A stretch of 15,713 bases of DNA, taken from positions 1 through 15,713 of the forward strand of contig CAZZXB010000070.1 in assembly GCA_964658025.1 (NCBI GenBank). The letters run 5' to 3'. The position numbers and the translations under genes were made by a program. This document shows, in pieces, positions 1 to 8,500 of this stretch. This DNA is from an uncultured Janthinobacterium sp. GTDB taxonomy: Bacteria > Vulcanimicrobiota > Vulcanimicrobiia > Vulcanimicrobiales > Vulcanimicrobiaceae. Each line of letters begins with the position of its first letter. Within the stretch, counting starts at the first letter, position 1. The notes beneath the pieces were generated by a model. It was not told the DNA's origin, did no database searches, and saw only the letters and a list, made by a program, of their open reading frames with translations.

Positions 1-213
1 TTCGCGCGCGGCGCGCGCGAACGTGGCGAGCGCGGCGAGCGTCCGTTCGCAGCCCTCGGGCGAGAGCGTCCCGCCGTCGCGCAAGCCTTCGCCGAGACGC
101 GTCCCGACTTGATCGGCATCGAGTTGTTCGATCGTGCCGTCGGCGCGGTCGCGGACGACGAGCAGGCGCGTCGTGTTCGTCCCGAGCGAGAGGAGCGCCC
201 GCGGGCGCCGCGT
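1..213 (-). CDS. ppx: Ppx/GppA-family exopolyphosphatase, N-terminal part (truncated by window edge; start uncertain)
   Basis: Not in the ORF track. Manual minus-strand translation gives RRPRALLSLGTNTTRLLVV...QVGTRLGEGLRDGGTLSPEGCERTLAALATFARAARE, matching the Ppx/GppA N-terminus (xGTN..RLL, TRLGEG, G.LS.E..ERTL.AL..F). The nearest canonical start is ATG at 300, inside rpiR; 213 is an in-frame ACG. Confidence 0.85.
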
Positions 214-214
214 C

Positions 215-1099
215 TCAGTAACGCTTGCCGGCCGAGGCTTCGCGCGTTTTCTGGACGAGCGCGAGCGATTTGTCGTAGTTCTGGTTCGCGATCCCCGCAT
301 AGAGCACGTCGACGATCGAGAGCTGGCCGATCCGGCTCGACGTCGCATCGGAACCGAACGCCGTCTCTTTCGCGGCCGTGAACAACTTGATGTGCGAGAC
401 CTTCGTGATCGGTGAGGTCGCGCGATGCGTGATGCAGATCGTCGTCGCGCCCGCGTTCTGCGCGTTCTCCATCGCATCGCAGACGTCGCGCGAGGCGCCC
501 GTGTGCGAGATGCCGAGCACGACGTCGGAGGAATCGAGTAACGACGACGACATCGCCATGAGATCGGAGTCGTTGAGCCACGACGCGCAGAGGCCGAGTT
601 TCATGAACTTGTGGTACGCGTCGAACGCGAGCGGCGCGCTCCCGCCGATGCCGTAGATCTCGAGCCGCCGCGCGCGGGCGAGGACCTCGACCGCCTTGCC
701 GAGCTCTTCGTCGGAGAGGACCTCGATCGTGTCCTTGAGCGCTTGGGCGTTGGCCTGGAAGACCTTCGTCTTGAGCGCTTCGAGCGAATCGGTCGGCCCG
801 ATCTGCTCGTAGACCGTCTCCGCCGGACCGACGAGATCGCGCGCGAGCATGATCTTGAACTCTTGGTAGCCCTTGTACCCGATCTTCTGGCACAAGCGGA
901 CGACCGTGGACTCGCTCGTCTGCGTGCGCTCGGCGAGCTCGGTAACGGTGAGATAGATTAGTTCTTCAGCATACTTGAGTATGAAATCCGCGACGCGCTG
1001 TTCCGCGGTGCGCAACGAGTTGTACGTCCCCTGGATTCGGACGAAACAGCCGGGAACGTTGACGGCCTCGATGCGACCGGTATCGGGCGTGGTTTTCAC
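215..1099 (-). CDS. RpiR/MurR-family transcriptional regulator (HTH + SIS domain)
   Basis: AEQRVADFIL...ELAERTQTSESTVVRLCQKIGYKGYQEFK HTH; SIS motifs IYGIGGS, ISHTG, ITHRATSPI, SSRIGQLSIVDVLY. GTG start at 1099. Confidence 0.93.
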   Translation of the reverse strand: MKTTPDTGRIEAVNVPGCFVRIQGTYNSLRTAEQRVADFILKYAEELIYLTVTELAERTQTSESTVVRLCQKIGYKGYQEFKIMLARDLVGPAETVYEQIGPTDSLEALKTKVFQANAQALKDTIEVLSDEELGKAVEVLARARRLEIYGIGGSAPLAFDAYHKFMKLGLCASWLNDSDLMAMSSSLLDSSDVVLGISHTGASRDVCDAMENAQNAGATTICITHRATSPITKVSHIKLFTAAKETAFGSDATSSRIGQLSIVDVLYAGIANQNYDKSLALVQKTREASAGKRY

Positions 1100-1111
1100 G
1101 CGGTTGACGTT

Positions 1112-1528
1112 CTACGCGCTCGGCTTTCTCGCCTCGAAAAATGCGGCGCGCCGCTTCTTACGGATGAAGTGCCGTTCGAGCGGCGGGAGGCGGTCGGGCG
1201 GTAACGCGCCGTCGGTCGCTTTGAGGAACGCGATCATCTGCTCTTCGAATCGAACGCTCGCGAGCGACTCCGTCTCGTCCTCGCGACGATCCGCGCCCGC
1301 ACGCGGATCCGCGCTCGCGTCGAGATCGGGCGCGCGTAACGCGACGACGGGTCGGCCCCGCGCCGCGAGGACGAGCGCGAGCGGCTTGCGCGCGTCGCGA
1401 CTCGCGACGTAGGTCGGACGGTTCGCTTCGAGTTCGCGTGCGGGAACGACCGCGAGCGAGCCGTCCTCCAAGCGGACCGTCGCACCGTGTGCGTGGACGC
1501 TGATGACCGTGCCGACCACGGGCGTCAA
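1112..1528 (-). CDS. YabR-like S1 RNA-binding domain protein
   Basis: TTG start overlaps the divIC stop (TTGA). GTVISVHAHGATVRLEDGSLAVV is S1-like and FEEQMIAFLK resembles the YabR C-terminal motif. divIC-yabR is a known gene order. Alternative GTG at 1543. Confidence 0.7.
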   Translation of the reverse strand: MTPVVGTVISVHAHGATVRLEDGSLAVVPARELEANRPTYVASRDARKPLALVLAARGRPVVALRAPDLDASADPRAGADRREDETESLASVRFEEQMIAFLKATDGALPPDRLPPLERHFIRKKRRAAFFEARKPSA

Positions 1529-1857
1529 GGCGTCGGGCGCCACTGTTCGGGGGCGGGTGTCGGGTCGGGAAGTCCGCGCACCGAGAAGAGTTCTTCGTGC
1601 GGACCGACGAGCCGCAGTTTGTCGTGGATCTCGGGGATCGCGCCGCGCGCGTCGCGCAGGCGGAACAGCGCGTGTTCCTGTTCGCGTTCGCGTCGTCGGA
1701 GCGCCGCGATGTCGTCCTGCGTGTCGCGCAGATCGCGCACGATCGCGACGTTTTTCGCGACGACGACTTCGACTTGCATCGCGACGAGGACGAGCATCGC
1801 CATCGCGCCGAGCGCGATCGCGATGCGACTTCCGACGCGCAGGCGCCCGCGCGTCAC
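1525..1857 (-). CDS. Septum formation initiator family (DivIC/FtsB-like)
   Basis: GTG overlaps the accA stop (GTGA). 110 aa: basic N-terminus, one TM segment (IAIALGAMAMLVLVAM), coiled coil (LRDTQDDIAALRRREREQE), then EIHDKLRLVGPHEELF resembling the family C-terminal motif. Confidence 0.75.
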   Translation of the reverse strand: MTRGRLRVGSRIAIALGAMAMLVLVAMQVEVVVAKNVAIVRDLRDTQDDIAALRRREREQEHALFRLRDARGAIPEIHDKLRLVGPHEELFSVRGLPDPTPAPEQWRPTP

Positions 1858-2825
1858 GTCGAGGCCGTCGCCCGAACGGGTTCGCGCGCGCTCCACGCGC
1901 CGATGCGACGGAACTTCGCGTAACGCTCTTCGTGGAGTTCGGCCGGGGGACGACGGCCGAGATCGTGCAGCGCCGCATCGATGCGATCGAGAAAACGGCC
2001 GACGAAGGCTTCGGCATCGCGATGCGCGCCGCCGAGCGGCTCCGCCACGACGTCGTCGACGATTCCGAACCCGAGCAGATCCGCGCTCGTGAGCTTGAGG
2101 CGTTCGGCGGCTTCGGGCGCGCGCGCGGCATCGCCCCAGAGGATCGCGGCGCAACCTTCGGGCGACGCCACGGAGTAGACGGCGTTCTCCGCCATGATGA
2201 CGCGATCGGCGAGCGCGATCGCGAGCGCGCCGCCCGAACCGCCCTCGCCGATCACCGCCGCGACGACCGGAACGCGCACGCGCGAGAGCGTGAGCAGCGC
2301 CGTCGCGATCGCCTCCGACTGCGCGCGCTCTTCGGAACCGATGCCGGGATCGGCACCCGACGTATCGACGAACGAGACGATCGGCAAGCCGAACCGCGAC
2401 GCGAGATTCATCAAACGGACGGCCTTGCGATACCCCTCGGGCGAGACCATCCCGAAATTGCGACGGATGTTCTCTTTCGTGTCGCGGCCCTTGCGCTGCG
2501 CGAGCACGACGACGCGCCGACCGCGCAGTTTCGCGAATCCGCCCGCGATCGCGCGGTCGTCCCGGAAGTGGCGGTCGCCGTGGAGTTCCTCGAATTCGTC
2601 GAGCGCCGCGAGGTAGTCGTCGGCGAGCGGGCGACGCGGATGGCGCGCCATGTTGACGCGCTCCCACGGCGTGAGATTGCCGAAGAGATCGCGTAGCAGT
2701 TCCGCGTATTTTTCTTCGAGTAATCGCACGTCTTCGGCGTTTCCGGTGCCGCGCGAGCGGAGCGTCGCGATACGCTCTTCGAGTGCGGCGAGCGGCCCCT
2801 TCTCGCGTTCGACGATGACGTTCAT
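1854..2825 (-). CDS. accA: Acetyl-CoA carboxylase carboxyltransferase subunit alpha
   Basis: LTPWERVNMARHPRRP, ELHGDR, RNFGM..PEGYRKA.RLM, DTSGADPG..SEER, VIGEGGSGGALA, SPEGCAAILW, RYAKFRRIG. Confidence 0.97.
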   Translation of the reverse strand: MNVIVEREKGPLAALEERIATLRSRGTGNAEDVRLLEEKYAELLRDLFGNLTPWERVNMARHPRRPLADDYLAALDEFEELHGDRHFRDDRAIAGGFAKLRGRRVVVLAQRKGRDTKENIRRNFGMVSPEGYRKAVRLMNLASRFGLPIVSFVDTSGADPGIGSEERAQSEAIATALLTLSRVRVPVVAAVIGEGGSGGALAIALADRVIMAENAVYSVASPEGCAAILWGDAARAPEAAERLKLTSADLLGFGIVDDVVAEPLGGAHRDAEAFVGRFLDRIDAALHDLGRRPPAELHEERYAKFRRIGAWSAREPVRATAST

Positions 2826-2828
2826 TCG

Positions 2829-3710
2829 CTAGACCGCGAATTCCGGAACGGCTTTGAGCGCAGGAACGAGCCGCTTGCGATCGACGGCGAAATCGAGCAG
2901 GCGCAGCAGCGTCCCGCGCATCTGCGCCCGCGGCACGACCATGTCCACGTGCCCCTTCTCGAGTAAGAATTCCGCGGTCTGAAAATTATCGGGGAGTTTC
3001 TGGCGCAAGGTCTGCTCGATCACGCGACGACCGGCGAAGCCGATCGACGCGCGCGCTTCGGCGACGATGATGTCGCTCTGAAACGCGAACGACGCCGAGA
3101 CGCCGCCCGTCGTCGGATCGGTGAGCACCGTGATGTACGGATTGCCGTCGTCCATGAAACGCGCGACGGCCTGCGTCGTCTTCGCCATCTGCATGAGCGC
3201 GAGCATGCCCTCTTCCATCCGCGCGCCGCCGCTCGCGGTGAAGACGATGCACGGGATCCGGCGCTCGCGCGCCTCTTCCAGTAAACGCGTGATGCGCTCG
3301 CCGACGACCGTTCCCATCGTGCCGCCGCGGAATGCGAAATCCATGACGCCGAGCGCGACCGGGAAGCCGTCGAGCGTCGCGAAGCCCGTCACCACGGCCT
3401 CCGAGAGCTTCGACTTCTCGCGATCGCCCGCGAGTTTGTCGACGTACGGACGCTTGTCGGTCCACCCGAGCGGATCGCCCGGCGCGATCTCCATCCCGAT
3501 CTCGACGAAATCGCCGTCGACGAGCGAGTTGATCCGATCGAACGCGCTCATGCGGAAGTGGTACTCGCATTTCGTGCAGACCGAAAGGTTCGCTTCTAAA
3601 TCTTTGCGATAGAGCATCTCGCCGCACGACGGACACTTCGCCCACTGCGCGGCGTCTTCGGTCGAGACGTCGCGATCGCGCAAGAGCCGGAGCCAATCGG
3701 GCATCGGCAT
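2829..3710 (-). CDS. accD: Acetyl-CoA carboxylase carboxyltransferase subunit beta
   Basis: ATG in a TGATG overlap with the upstream stop. Zinc finger WAKCPSC...VCTKC, MDFAFRGGTMG.VVGE, ASGGARMEEG..LMQM, DPTTGGVSASFA, GFAGRRVIEQT, FQTAEFL. Confidence 0.97.
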   Translation of the reverse strand: MPMPDWLRLLRDRDVSTEDAAQWAKCPSCGEMLYRKDLEANLSVCTKCEYHFRMSAFDRINSLVDGDFVEIGMEIAPGDPLGWTDKRPYVDKLAGDREKSKLSEAVVTGFATLDGFPVALGVMDFAFRGGTMGTVVGERITRLLEEARERRIPCIVFTASGGARMEEGMLALMQMAKTTQAVARFMDDGNPYITVLTDPTTGGVSASFAFQSDIIVAEARASIGFAGRRVIEQTLRQKLPDNFQTAEFLLEKGHVDMVVPRAQMRGTLLRLLDFAVDRKRLVPALKAVPEFAV

Positions 3711-4477
3711 CAGACGCGCTCGGTCTCGGAGACGGGATCGGCGACGGCGAATCCGACGGCCCGCGCCGACGCGTTGCGGATGCCGAAAAAACGGCCCGCA
3801 TAGATGCGGCGGAGTTGCAGCAGGTAGTTCGCGATCTCTTTCCCGTTGAGCTTGGACTCTCCGACGATACGGTCGCGGAAGACGTACGGCACCTCGAGCG
3901 CCTTCCCGAACTTCGCCTTCGCCGCGACCTCGAGGCCGATCTTGAAACCGATCGGATCGAGCGCCACGCCCGCGAGCGCGTCGCGACGCACGAGGATGTA
4001 CCCGCTCGTGATATCGCGGATCGGCGTTAGCGGCCACGCCATCATGCAGGCGACGATCGAGGTGAGCTTGCGCTTGAGGGGCCAATTCTCGATCCCGCCG
4101 CCGCGCACGTAACGACTCCCCACGGCGAGGCCGTACGTACCGCTCGCGAGCGCGCGCACCATGGCGGGTAGGATGCTCGGATCGTGGCTGAAATCGGCGT
4201 CGATCGCCCCGAGCGCTTCGGATTCGGGCCGCGCGAAGTTCCAGCCGTCGATCACGCCGCTCGAGAGGCCCATCTTCCCCGGCCGATGGAGACACCGGAC
4301 GCGATAGCGTTCCGCCAGGCCGTCGACGATCGCGCCCGTGCCGTCGGGCGAATTATCGTCGACGACGACGAGTTCGCCGTCGAGATCGTTCTCGCGGAAA
4401 ACGGCGTCGATGCTCGCGATTAATTTCTCGATCCCACCGCTTTCGTTATACGTTGGAATGACGATACTAAATTTCAA
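3710..4477 (-). CDS. GT2 glycosyltransferase, polyprenol-monophosphomannose synthase (DPM1-like)
   Basis: SIVIPTYNE, VVVDDNSPDGT, IDADFSHDP, GSRYVRGG, DITSGY, GESKL. TTG start chosen just before the family N-terminal motif; an alternative ATG lies at 4531. Confidence 0.9.
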   Translation of the reverse strand: MKFSIVIPTYNESGGIEKLIASIDAVFRENDLDGELVVVDDNSPDGTGAIVDGLAERYRVRCLHRPGKMGLSSGVIDGWNFARPESEALGAIDADFSHDPSILPAMVRALASGTYGLAVGSRYVRGGGIENWPLKRKLTSIVACMMAWPLTPIRDITSGYILVRRDALAGVALDPIGFKIGLEVAAKAKFGKALEVPYVFRDRIVGESKLNGKEIANYLLQLRRIYAGRFFGIRNASARAVGFAVADPVSETERV

Positions 4478-4543
4478 GCGCGGAGACGCCTCATAGAAAT
4501 ACGGTATACGCCTCGAGCGCGACGGTCTCATGCACGCGCGCGA

Positions 4544-5275
4544 TTACAGGTCCCCGCACGCGTAGGCGACCACGGCGCAGGCGACGAGCCCCGCCGTCTC
4601 GGTGCGCAGGATCCGGTCGCCGAGCGAAACGAGCTCCGCGCCCGCCGCGGTCGCGGCCTCCGCCTCGGCGTGCGAGAGGCCGCCCTCGGGCCCGATCGCG
4701 ATCGCGACCCGACGCGCGCCGTCGAGCAATCCCGGTAACCGTTCGCGGAGCGGCGCGCGCTCGGCGAGCTCCCACGGCACGAGCACGCGGTCGTACGCGC
4801 CGAGCGCGGCGACGAAGTCGGCGTATCGCGTGACCTCCGCGATCTCCGTGACCTCGCGCCGACCGCACTGCGCGGCGGCGCTCTTCGCGAGCCGCCGCCA
4901 GCGCTCGACCTTGCCGTCGCGCGCACCCTCCCCGATCGTCCGCGCCGTCGCGATCGGCACGATCCGGGCGACGCCGAGTTCGGTCGCCTTCTCGACCACG
5001 TAGTCCATCTTCGCGCCCTTCGGGACGCCCTGCGCGAGCGTGAGCTCGAGCCGCCGCGGCGCGGGCGCGAACCGTTCGCGCTCGAGCACCGCCCGCGGTC
5101 GCCCGCGCGCGTCCGCGACCCGGGCGGAGAACGTCCGGCCCGACGAATCGACGACGTCGAGCGCGTCGCCGTCCCGCGCGCGGAGCACGACGACGAGTTT
5201 TCGCGCGTCGTCGGGAGCGAGCTCGACCGCGTCGCCGACGGCGAAGACGCCGGAGACGAAAAACCGCGTCGCTAC
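4544..5275 (-). CDS. rsmE: 16S rRNA m3U1498 methyltransferase (start codon non-canonical or uncertain)
   Basis: RFFV...[56 protein letters not shown]. About 243 aa, typical for RsmE. Confidence 0.93.
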   Translation of the reverse strand, partial: VATRFFVSGVFAVGDAVELAPDDARKLVVVLRARDGDALDVVDSSGRTFSARVADARGRPRAVLERERFAPAPRRLELTLAQGVPKGAKMDYVVEKATELGVARIVPIATARTIGEGARDGKVERWRRLAKSAAAQCGRREVTEIAEVTRYADFVAALGAYDRVLVPWELAERAPLRERLPGLLDGARRVAIAIGPEGGLSHAEAEAATAAGAELVSLGDRILRTETAGLVACAVVAYACGDL

Positions 5276-6411
5276 GGGGCGAACGCGTCCTTGACGCGCT
5301 CGAAGAACGAGCGGTCGTCGATCTCGGAGCCCCCCTCGCTCGCGTACTCCTCGAGCAGTTCGCGTTCGCGGCGCGAGAGTTTCGTCGGCACGAGCACGTG
5401 CACGGTCGCGAGGAGGTCGCCCGCCGACGACCCGCGGACGAGCGGCATTCCCTTGCCCCGGATGCGGAAGGTCGATCCGCTCTGCGTCCCGGCCGGAACG
5501 TGTAGCGTGACGGGCGCTCCGAGCGTTTCGACGTCGATCGACGCGCCGAGCGCGGCCTGCGTGAACGCGATCGGCACGTCGATCGCGAGATCGGCGCCTT
5601 CGCGCCGGAAGCGTCCGTGCGGGACGACGCCGATGTAGACGTAGAGATCGCCCGCCGGACCGCCGCGCGAACCGCCCTCGCCGCTTCCCGTGATCCGGAT
5701 CCGACTGCCGTCGTCGACGCCCGCGGGAACGGCGACCGAGAGCGTGCGACGTTGTTCGGTCCGGCCGGCGCCGCGGCACGTCTTGCACGGATTCGGAACG
5801 ATCGTCCCCTCGCCGTTGCACTTCGTGCACGTCGTCTGCGTGACGAATTGGCCGAGCGGCGTCTGGCGGACGCCGCGCATAGCGCCCGAGCCGCCGCAGC
5901 GATCGCAGCGCTGCACGAGCGTCCCGGGTTCCGCACCCGTTCCGTTACACGTCTGGCACGACGCGAGATGCTCGAAGGCGAGCTCGCGCTCGATTCCGCG
6001 ATACGCTTCGTCGAGCGTGATCGTCAGATCGTAACGGAGATCGGCCCCGCGGCGCGGGCCGTTCGCGCGCGCCCCGCCGCCTCCGCCGCCGCGCGCGCCG
6101 CCGAAAAACATGTCGAAGATATCGCCGATACCCTCGCCCTGCGCGAAGCCGCCGAACCCCCCGGCACCGCCGGGACCGCCAGGGCCGCCCGCTCCCGGCG
6201 CCGACCCGAAGCGGTCGTAGTGCTCGCGCTTCTGCGGATCGGAGAGCACCTCGTAGGCTTCGTTGATCTCCTTGAAGTGCGCTTCGGCCGACGCCTTGTC
6301 TTCGGCGACGTCGGGATGGTACTTCCGCGCGAGCGAACGGTACGCGCGCTTGATGTCGGTCTCGGACGCATCGCGGCCGACGCCGAGCACCGCATAAAAA
6401 TCGGACGCCAC
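5272..6411 (-). CDS. dnaJ: Chaperone DnaJ
   Basis: J domain with HPD, G/F-rich linker, four CxxCxGxG repeats, C-terminal domain. GTG start after a purine-rich RBS. Confidence 0.98.
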   Translation of the reverse strand: MASDFYAVLGVGRDASETDIKRAYRSLARKYHPDVAEDKASAEAHFKEINEAYEVLSDPQKREHYDRFGSAPGAGGPGGPGGAGGFGGFAQGEGIGDIFDMFFGGARGGGGGGARANGPRRGADLRYDLTITLDEAYRGIERELAFEHLASCQTCNGTGAEPGTLVQRCDRCGGSGAMRGVRQTPLGQFVTQTTCTKCNGEGTIVPNPCKTCRGAGRTEQRRTLSVAVPAGVDDGSRIRITGSGEGGSRGGPAGDLYVYIGVVPHGRFRREGADLAIDVPIAFTQAALGASIDVETLGAPVTLHVPAGTQSGSTFRIRGKGMPLVRGSSAGDLLATVHVLVPTKLSRRERELLEEYASEGGSEIDDRSFFERVKDAFAP

Positions 6412-6427
6412 GGGTGTTGTCTCTCTC

Positions 6428-7510
6428 TTATCGCAATTCGTTGTCGGCGAAATGCCGGTTCAGGGAATTCGCGGTCCCCGACGCGAGCGCGAGCATGCGC
6501 GCGTACGGCATCCGCCGCGGGCCGAGGATCGCGAGCACGCCGACCATCTGGTCTCCGAAGCGATACGGAACCGTCACGAGACTGCACTCGGTGATCTCTT
6601 CGGACCCGAGTTCGTGACCGATCGCGACCACCGCCTCGTTCCCGGTCATCTTGTCCGCGACGAGATCGTAGAGCGCCTTCTGCTCTTCGACGATCCGCAG
6701 GATCGCGCGCAACTTCCGCAGGTCTTGGAACTCCGGTTGATCGAGCAGATTCTGCGTCCCGCTCGACATCACGGTCGGCGGAAGATCGCCGTCGATCGCG
6801 TCGCGCAGGATCGCGGAGAGCGGCGCGACGACTTCGGCCGCGACGTTGACGTCGCGGACGATCTCCACGAGATCGACCGACGCGATATCGCGTAGCGTCT
6901 TCCCGCCGAACGCCGTGTTGAGCCGATTCGAGAGTCGCGTGAGATCGTCGGCCGACACGTCGAGCCCGTGCTCGAACGTCTTCTGCACGGCGACCCCGAG
7001 CGAGGTCACGACGATCGCGAGCGCGGTCCGCTCGGAGAGCCAGATGAGTTGCACGTGACGGAACGTCTGCGCGTCGCGCGCGGGCGAGACGACGAACGCG
7101 ACGTTGCGCGAGAGCTGTCCGAGAAGGCGCGTCGTCTGTTCGATGACGCCGTCGAGTTCGCGGCTCGCGGCGCGGAATTCGTCTTGGATGCGACGCTGTT
7201 CGCCCGTGCCGAGCGCCTCCGGACGCATGAGCTGATCCACGTAGGTACGGTAGCCGGCATCCGAGGGGATCCGTCCCGCCGAGGTGTGCGGCTGTACGAG
7301 GTAACCCGCGGCCTCGAGTTCGGCCATCTCGTTCCGGATCGTCGCGGAGCTCACGCCGAGGTTGTACTTTTGCGTGAGCGTGTTCGAACCCACGGGCTCG
7401 GCCGTCGCGACGTACTCGTAGACGACGGTCGCGAGGATGAACGCCTTGCGCTTGTCGAGTTCGGGGCGACGAGGCGACTCGTCGGCCGGCTGACCGTACT
7501 TAGCAGTCAT
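6428..7510 (-). CDS. hrcA: Heat-inducible transcription repressor HrcA
   Basis: [56 protein letters not shown]; immediately upstream of dnaJ. Confidence 0.97.
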   Translation of the reverse strand: MTAKYGQPADESPRRPELDKRKAFILATVVYEYVATAEPVGSNTLTQKYNLGVSSATIRNEMAELEAAGYLVQPHTSAGRIPSDAGYRTYVDQLMRPEALGTGEQRRIQDEFRAASRELDGVIEQTTRLLGQLSRNVAFVVSPARDAQTFRHVQLIWLSERTALAIVVTSLGVAVQKTFEHGLDVSADDLTRLSNRLNTAFGGKTLRDIASVDLVEIVRDVNVAAEVVAPLSAILRDAIDGDLPPTVMSSGTQNLLDQPEFQDLRKLRAILRIVEEQKALYDLVADKMTGNEAVVAIGHELGSEEITECSLVTVPYRFGDQMVGVLAILGPRRMPYARMLALASGTANSLNRHFADNELR

Positions 7511-7526
7511 GGGGCAGGAGTGCCAG
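7500..7526. promoter_or_regulatory. CIRCE operator (HrcA binding site)
   Basis: TTAGCAGTC-N9-GAGTGCCAG versus consensus TTAGCACTC-N9-GAGTGCTAA (3 mismatches, exact 9-nt spacer); spans the hrcA start codon. Confidence 0.9.
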
Positions 7527-8157
7527 CATTGACGCCAACCCTATCAGAAGCGGCCTCCGGGGTCAAGGGCGACCGTCCGCCGCCGAGCGTCCCGAGCGGA
7601 CGCGTCACGTCGATCGCCGTGCGCAGTTCGGTCCACGAGATCTCCCCGACGGAGACGTACGAAACGGTCCCGCCGGGCTCGACGACGAGCGTCGTCGGGA
7701 TCGGCGTGACCGTGTAGAGATCGAAGATCTTGCGTGCCGGATCGTCGACGACGGTCGCGCCGTCGATGCCGTGACCGCGCAAGAACGCCGCCGCGACCCC
7801 CGGTGCCTCGTCCGAGATCATGATGAGATCGACGGCGCGGCCGTAGCGTGGCCCGAGCGCGGCGAACGCGCCGAGTTCCTCGCGACACGGTTCGCACCAC
7901 GTCGCCCAAAAATTCACGACGACCGGTCGTCCGGCGAGGAGCCGGAGGCGCGTCGGGCCTCGCGTGCCGTCGAACGTGAAATCGGGCGGAGGCTTCGCGT
8001 AGGCGATCGCCGGCAGACCGGTCGTCGGACCTCGCGCGCGCGCGTTCGCGTTCGTCGCGGGGCGCAGAAGCGTCGCGAACGCGCAGGCGACGACGATCGC
8101 GCGGCGAGCCGAGCGCGAGCGGACGACGGAACGAAAGCGGGCTACGATCGCGGACAC
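7507..8157 (-). CDS. TlpA/ResA-family thiol-disulfide oxidoreductase with N-terminal signal/anchor
   Basis: PDFT...GRPVVVNFWATWCEPCREEL, IPTTLVV..G. GTG start preceded by GGAG; hydrophobic N-terminal stretch (RRAIVVACAFATLL). Confidence 0.88.
   Translation of the reverse strand: MSAIVARFRSVVRSRSARRAIVVACAFATLLRPATNANARARGPTTGLPAIAYAKPPPDFTFDGTRGPTRLRLLAGRPVVVNFWATWCEPCREELGAFAALGPRYGRAVDLIMISDEAPGVAAAFLRGHGIDGATVVDDPARKIFDLYTVTPIPTTLVVEPGGTVSYVSVGEISWTELRTAIDVTRPLGTLGGGRSPLTPEAASDRVGVNAGTPAP
7538..7566 (-). promoter_or_regulatory. Sigma70/SigA-type promoter for hrcA-dnaJ
   Basis: Minus strand TTGACC-N17-TAGGGT with an extended -10 TG, ending 11 nt upstream of the CIRCE. Confidence 0.7.
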
Positions 8158-8282
8158 GCGGACTCCACGGAGCGATCCCGCAAGCACGGAATCGGATACG
8201 CCTGCAACGTGCGTTCGAGGGTTCGCGTTGCGTCGCGATCGGGCTCGCTCCGTTCGACGAACGTCGGATCGGCCGCGCTCAT
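8142..8282 (-). CDS. Hypothetical 46-aa protein
   Basis: ATG overlaps the upstream ORF's stop (ATGA). MSAADPTFVERSEPDRDATRTLERTLQAYPIPCLRDRSVESACPRS fills the gap to tlpA; no recognisable motif. Confidence 0.35.
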   Translation of the reverse strand: MSAADPTFVERSEPDRDATRTLERTLQAYPIPCLRDRSVESACPRS

Positions 8283-8500
8283 CGACGCGCGCGAACGTTC
8301 CGTCTCGGGGCGACGGCACGCGTCGAACGCAGGAGCGCGCCGCACGAGCACGTCCGCCACGTCACCACGACGCCGGTCGGACCGATACGCGCGAGCGATC
8401 GACCCGTCGGTTCTTCGGGGATCGGTCGCGCGCACGCGAGACAGCGCGGGGCGGACTCCATACCCGAGTAATCGGCACGGCGCGGTGCCGCCCACGTCAA
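8279..8500 (-). CDS. Small putative zinc-ribbon protein (CxxC...CxC)
   Basis: TTG overlaps the helicase stop (TTGA); alternative ATG at 8461. MESAPRCLACARPIPEE...VVVTWRTCSCGALLRS. Confidence 0.55.
   Translation of the reverse strand: MTWAAPRRADYSGMESAPRCLACARPIPEEPTGRSLARIGPTGVVVTWRTCSCGALLRSTRAVAPRRNVRARR

Noticed and set aside
5272..7510. Absence of grpE/dnaK between hrcA and dnaJ as a novelty
   Set aside because: hrcA-dnaJ-rsmE without dnaK is a known arrangement, for example in Actinobacteria.
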